Shown: in pieces, positions 21,658 to 21,805 of the stretch | Layout of the letters: the number at the start of each line of letters is the position of its first letter | Numbering within the stretch: position 1 is the first letter of the stretch | Position numbers and translations under genes: made by a program | The notes under the pieces: model-generated | What the model saw: the letters and a program-made list of their open reading frames with translations, nothing else | Told to the model about the DNA's origin: nothing | Database searches by the model: none | DNA from: Octopus sinensis | Lineage: Eukaryota | Direction: 5' to 3' | Assembly (NCBI RefSeq): GCF_006345805.1 | Contig: NW_021823615.1 | Location: 1-21,805 of the forward strand | Length of the DNA: 21,805 nucleotides

Positions 21658-21805
21658 TACTATCTCTGCTTCTTTGAAGTCCTGCCTTCGTTTTTGCTAT
21701 AACACTTCTCATTGTAAGGGTACCTTGAAACCTCTCCATTATAAGAATTTCTCTAAAGAGTGGAAGAAATCATTATTATGAGTCATGAATACAGAAAGAC
21801 TAGCT

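Noticed and set aside
1-21805. CRISPR arrays, operons, prokaryotic promoters or terminators
   Set aside because: The sequence is a spliceosomal-intron-containing eukaryotic locus, and there are no repeat-spacer arrays.

Overview
AT-rich, microsatellite-saturated eukaryotic genomic DNA. The repeat landscape resembles Octopus/cephalopod DNA (inference from recall of these repeat families, not a database hit). The window lies inside one + strand spliced gene, of which 7 GT-AG exons can be joined in phase (3826-3978, 7823-7977, 8958-8994, 12923-13132, 14781-14956, 18416-18555, 19073-19144; about 314 codons; both gene ends outside the window). The product reads as ankyrin repeats, then a Mind bomb (MIB1/MIB2)-type terminal ankyrin plus C3HC4 RING, then the start of a death-domain-like segment. 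This ANK-RING-DD arrangement is not that of canonical MIB, ankyrin, DAPK or NF-kB p105. The first exon carries a 1-nt frameshift. The introns hold a ~3.7 kb (GAT)n array with internal segmental duplications, tRNA-derived SINEs in both orientations, a 481-bp MITE with 131-bp TIRs and an 8-bp TSD, a Penelope-like remnant with an inverted partial copy, two palindromes, a CR1-like LINE 3' remnant, an element embedded in (AAT)n, a mariner 3' remnant and a full-length but dead 1293-bp D,D34D mariner. Most ORFs in the supplied track are microsatellite artefacts.
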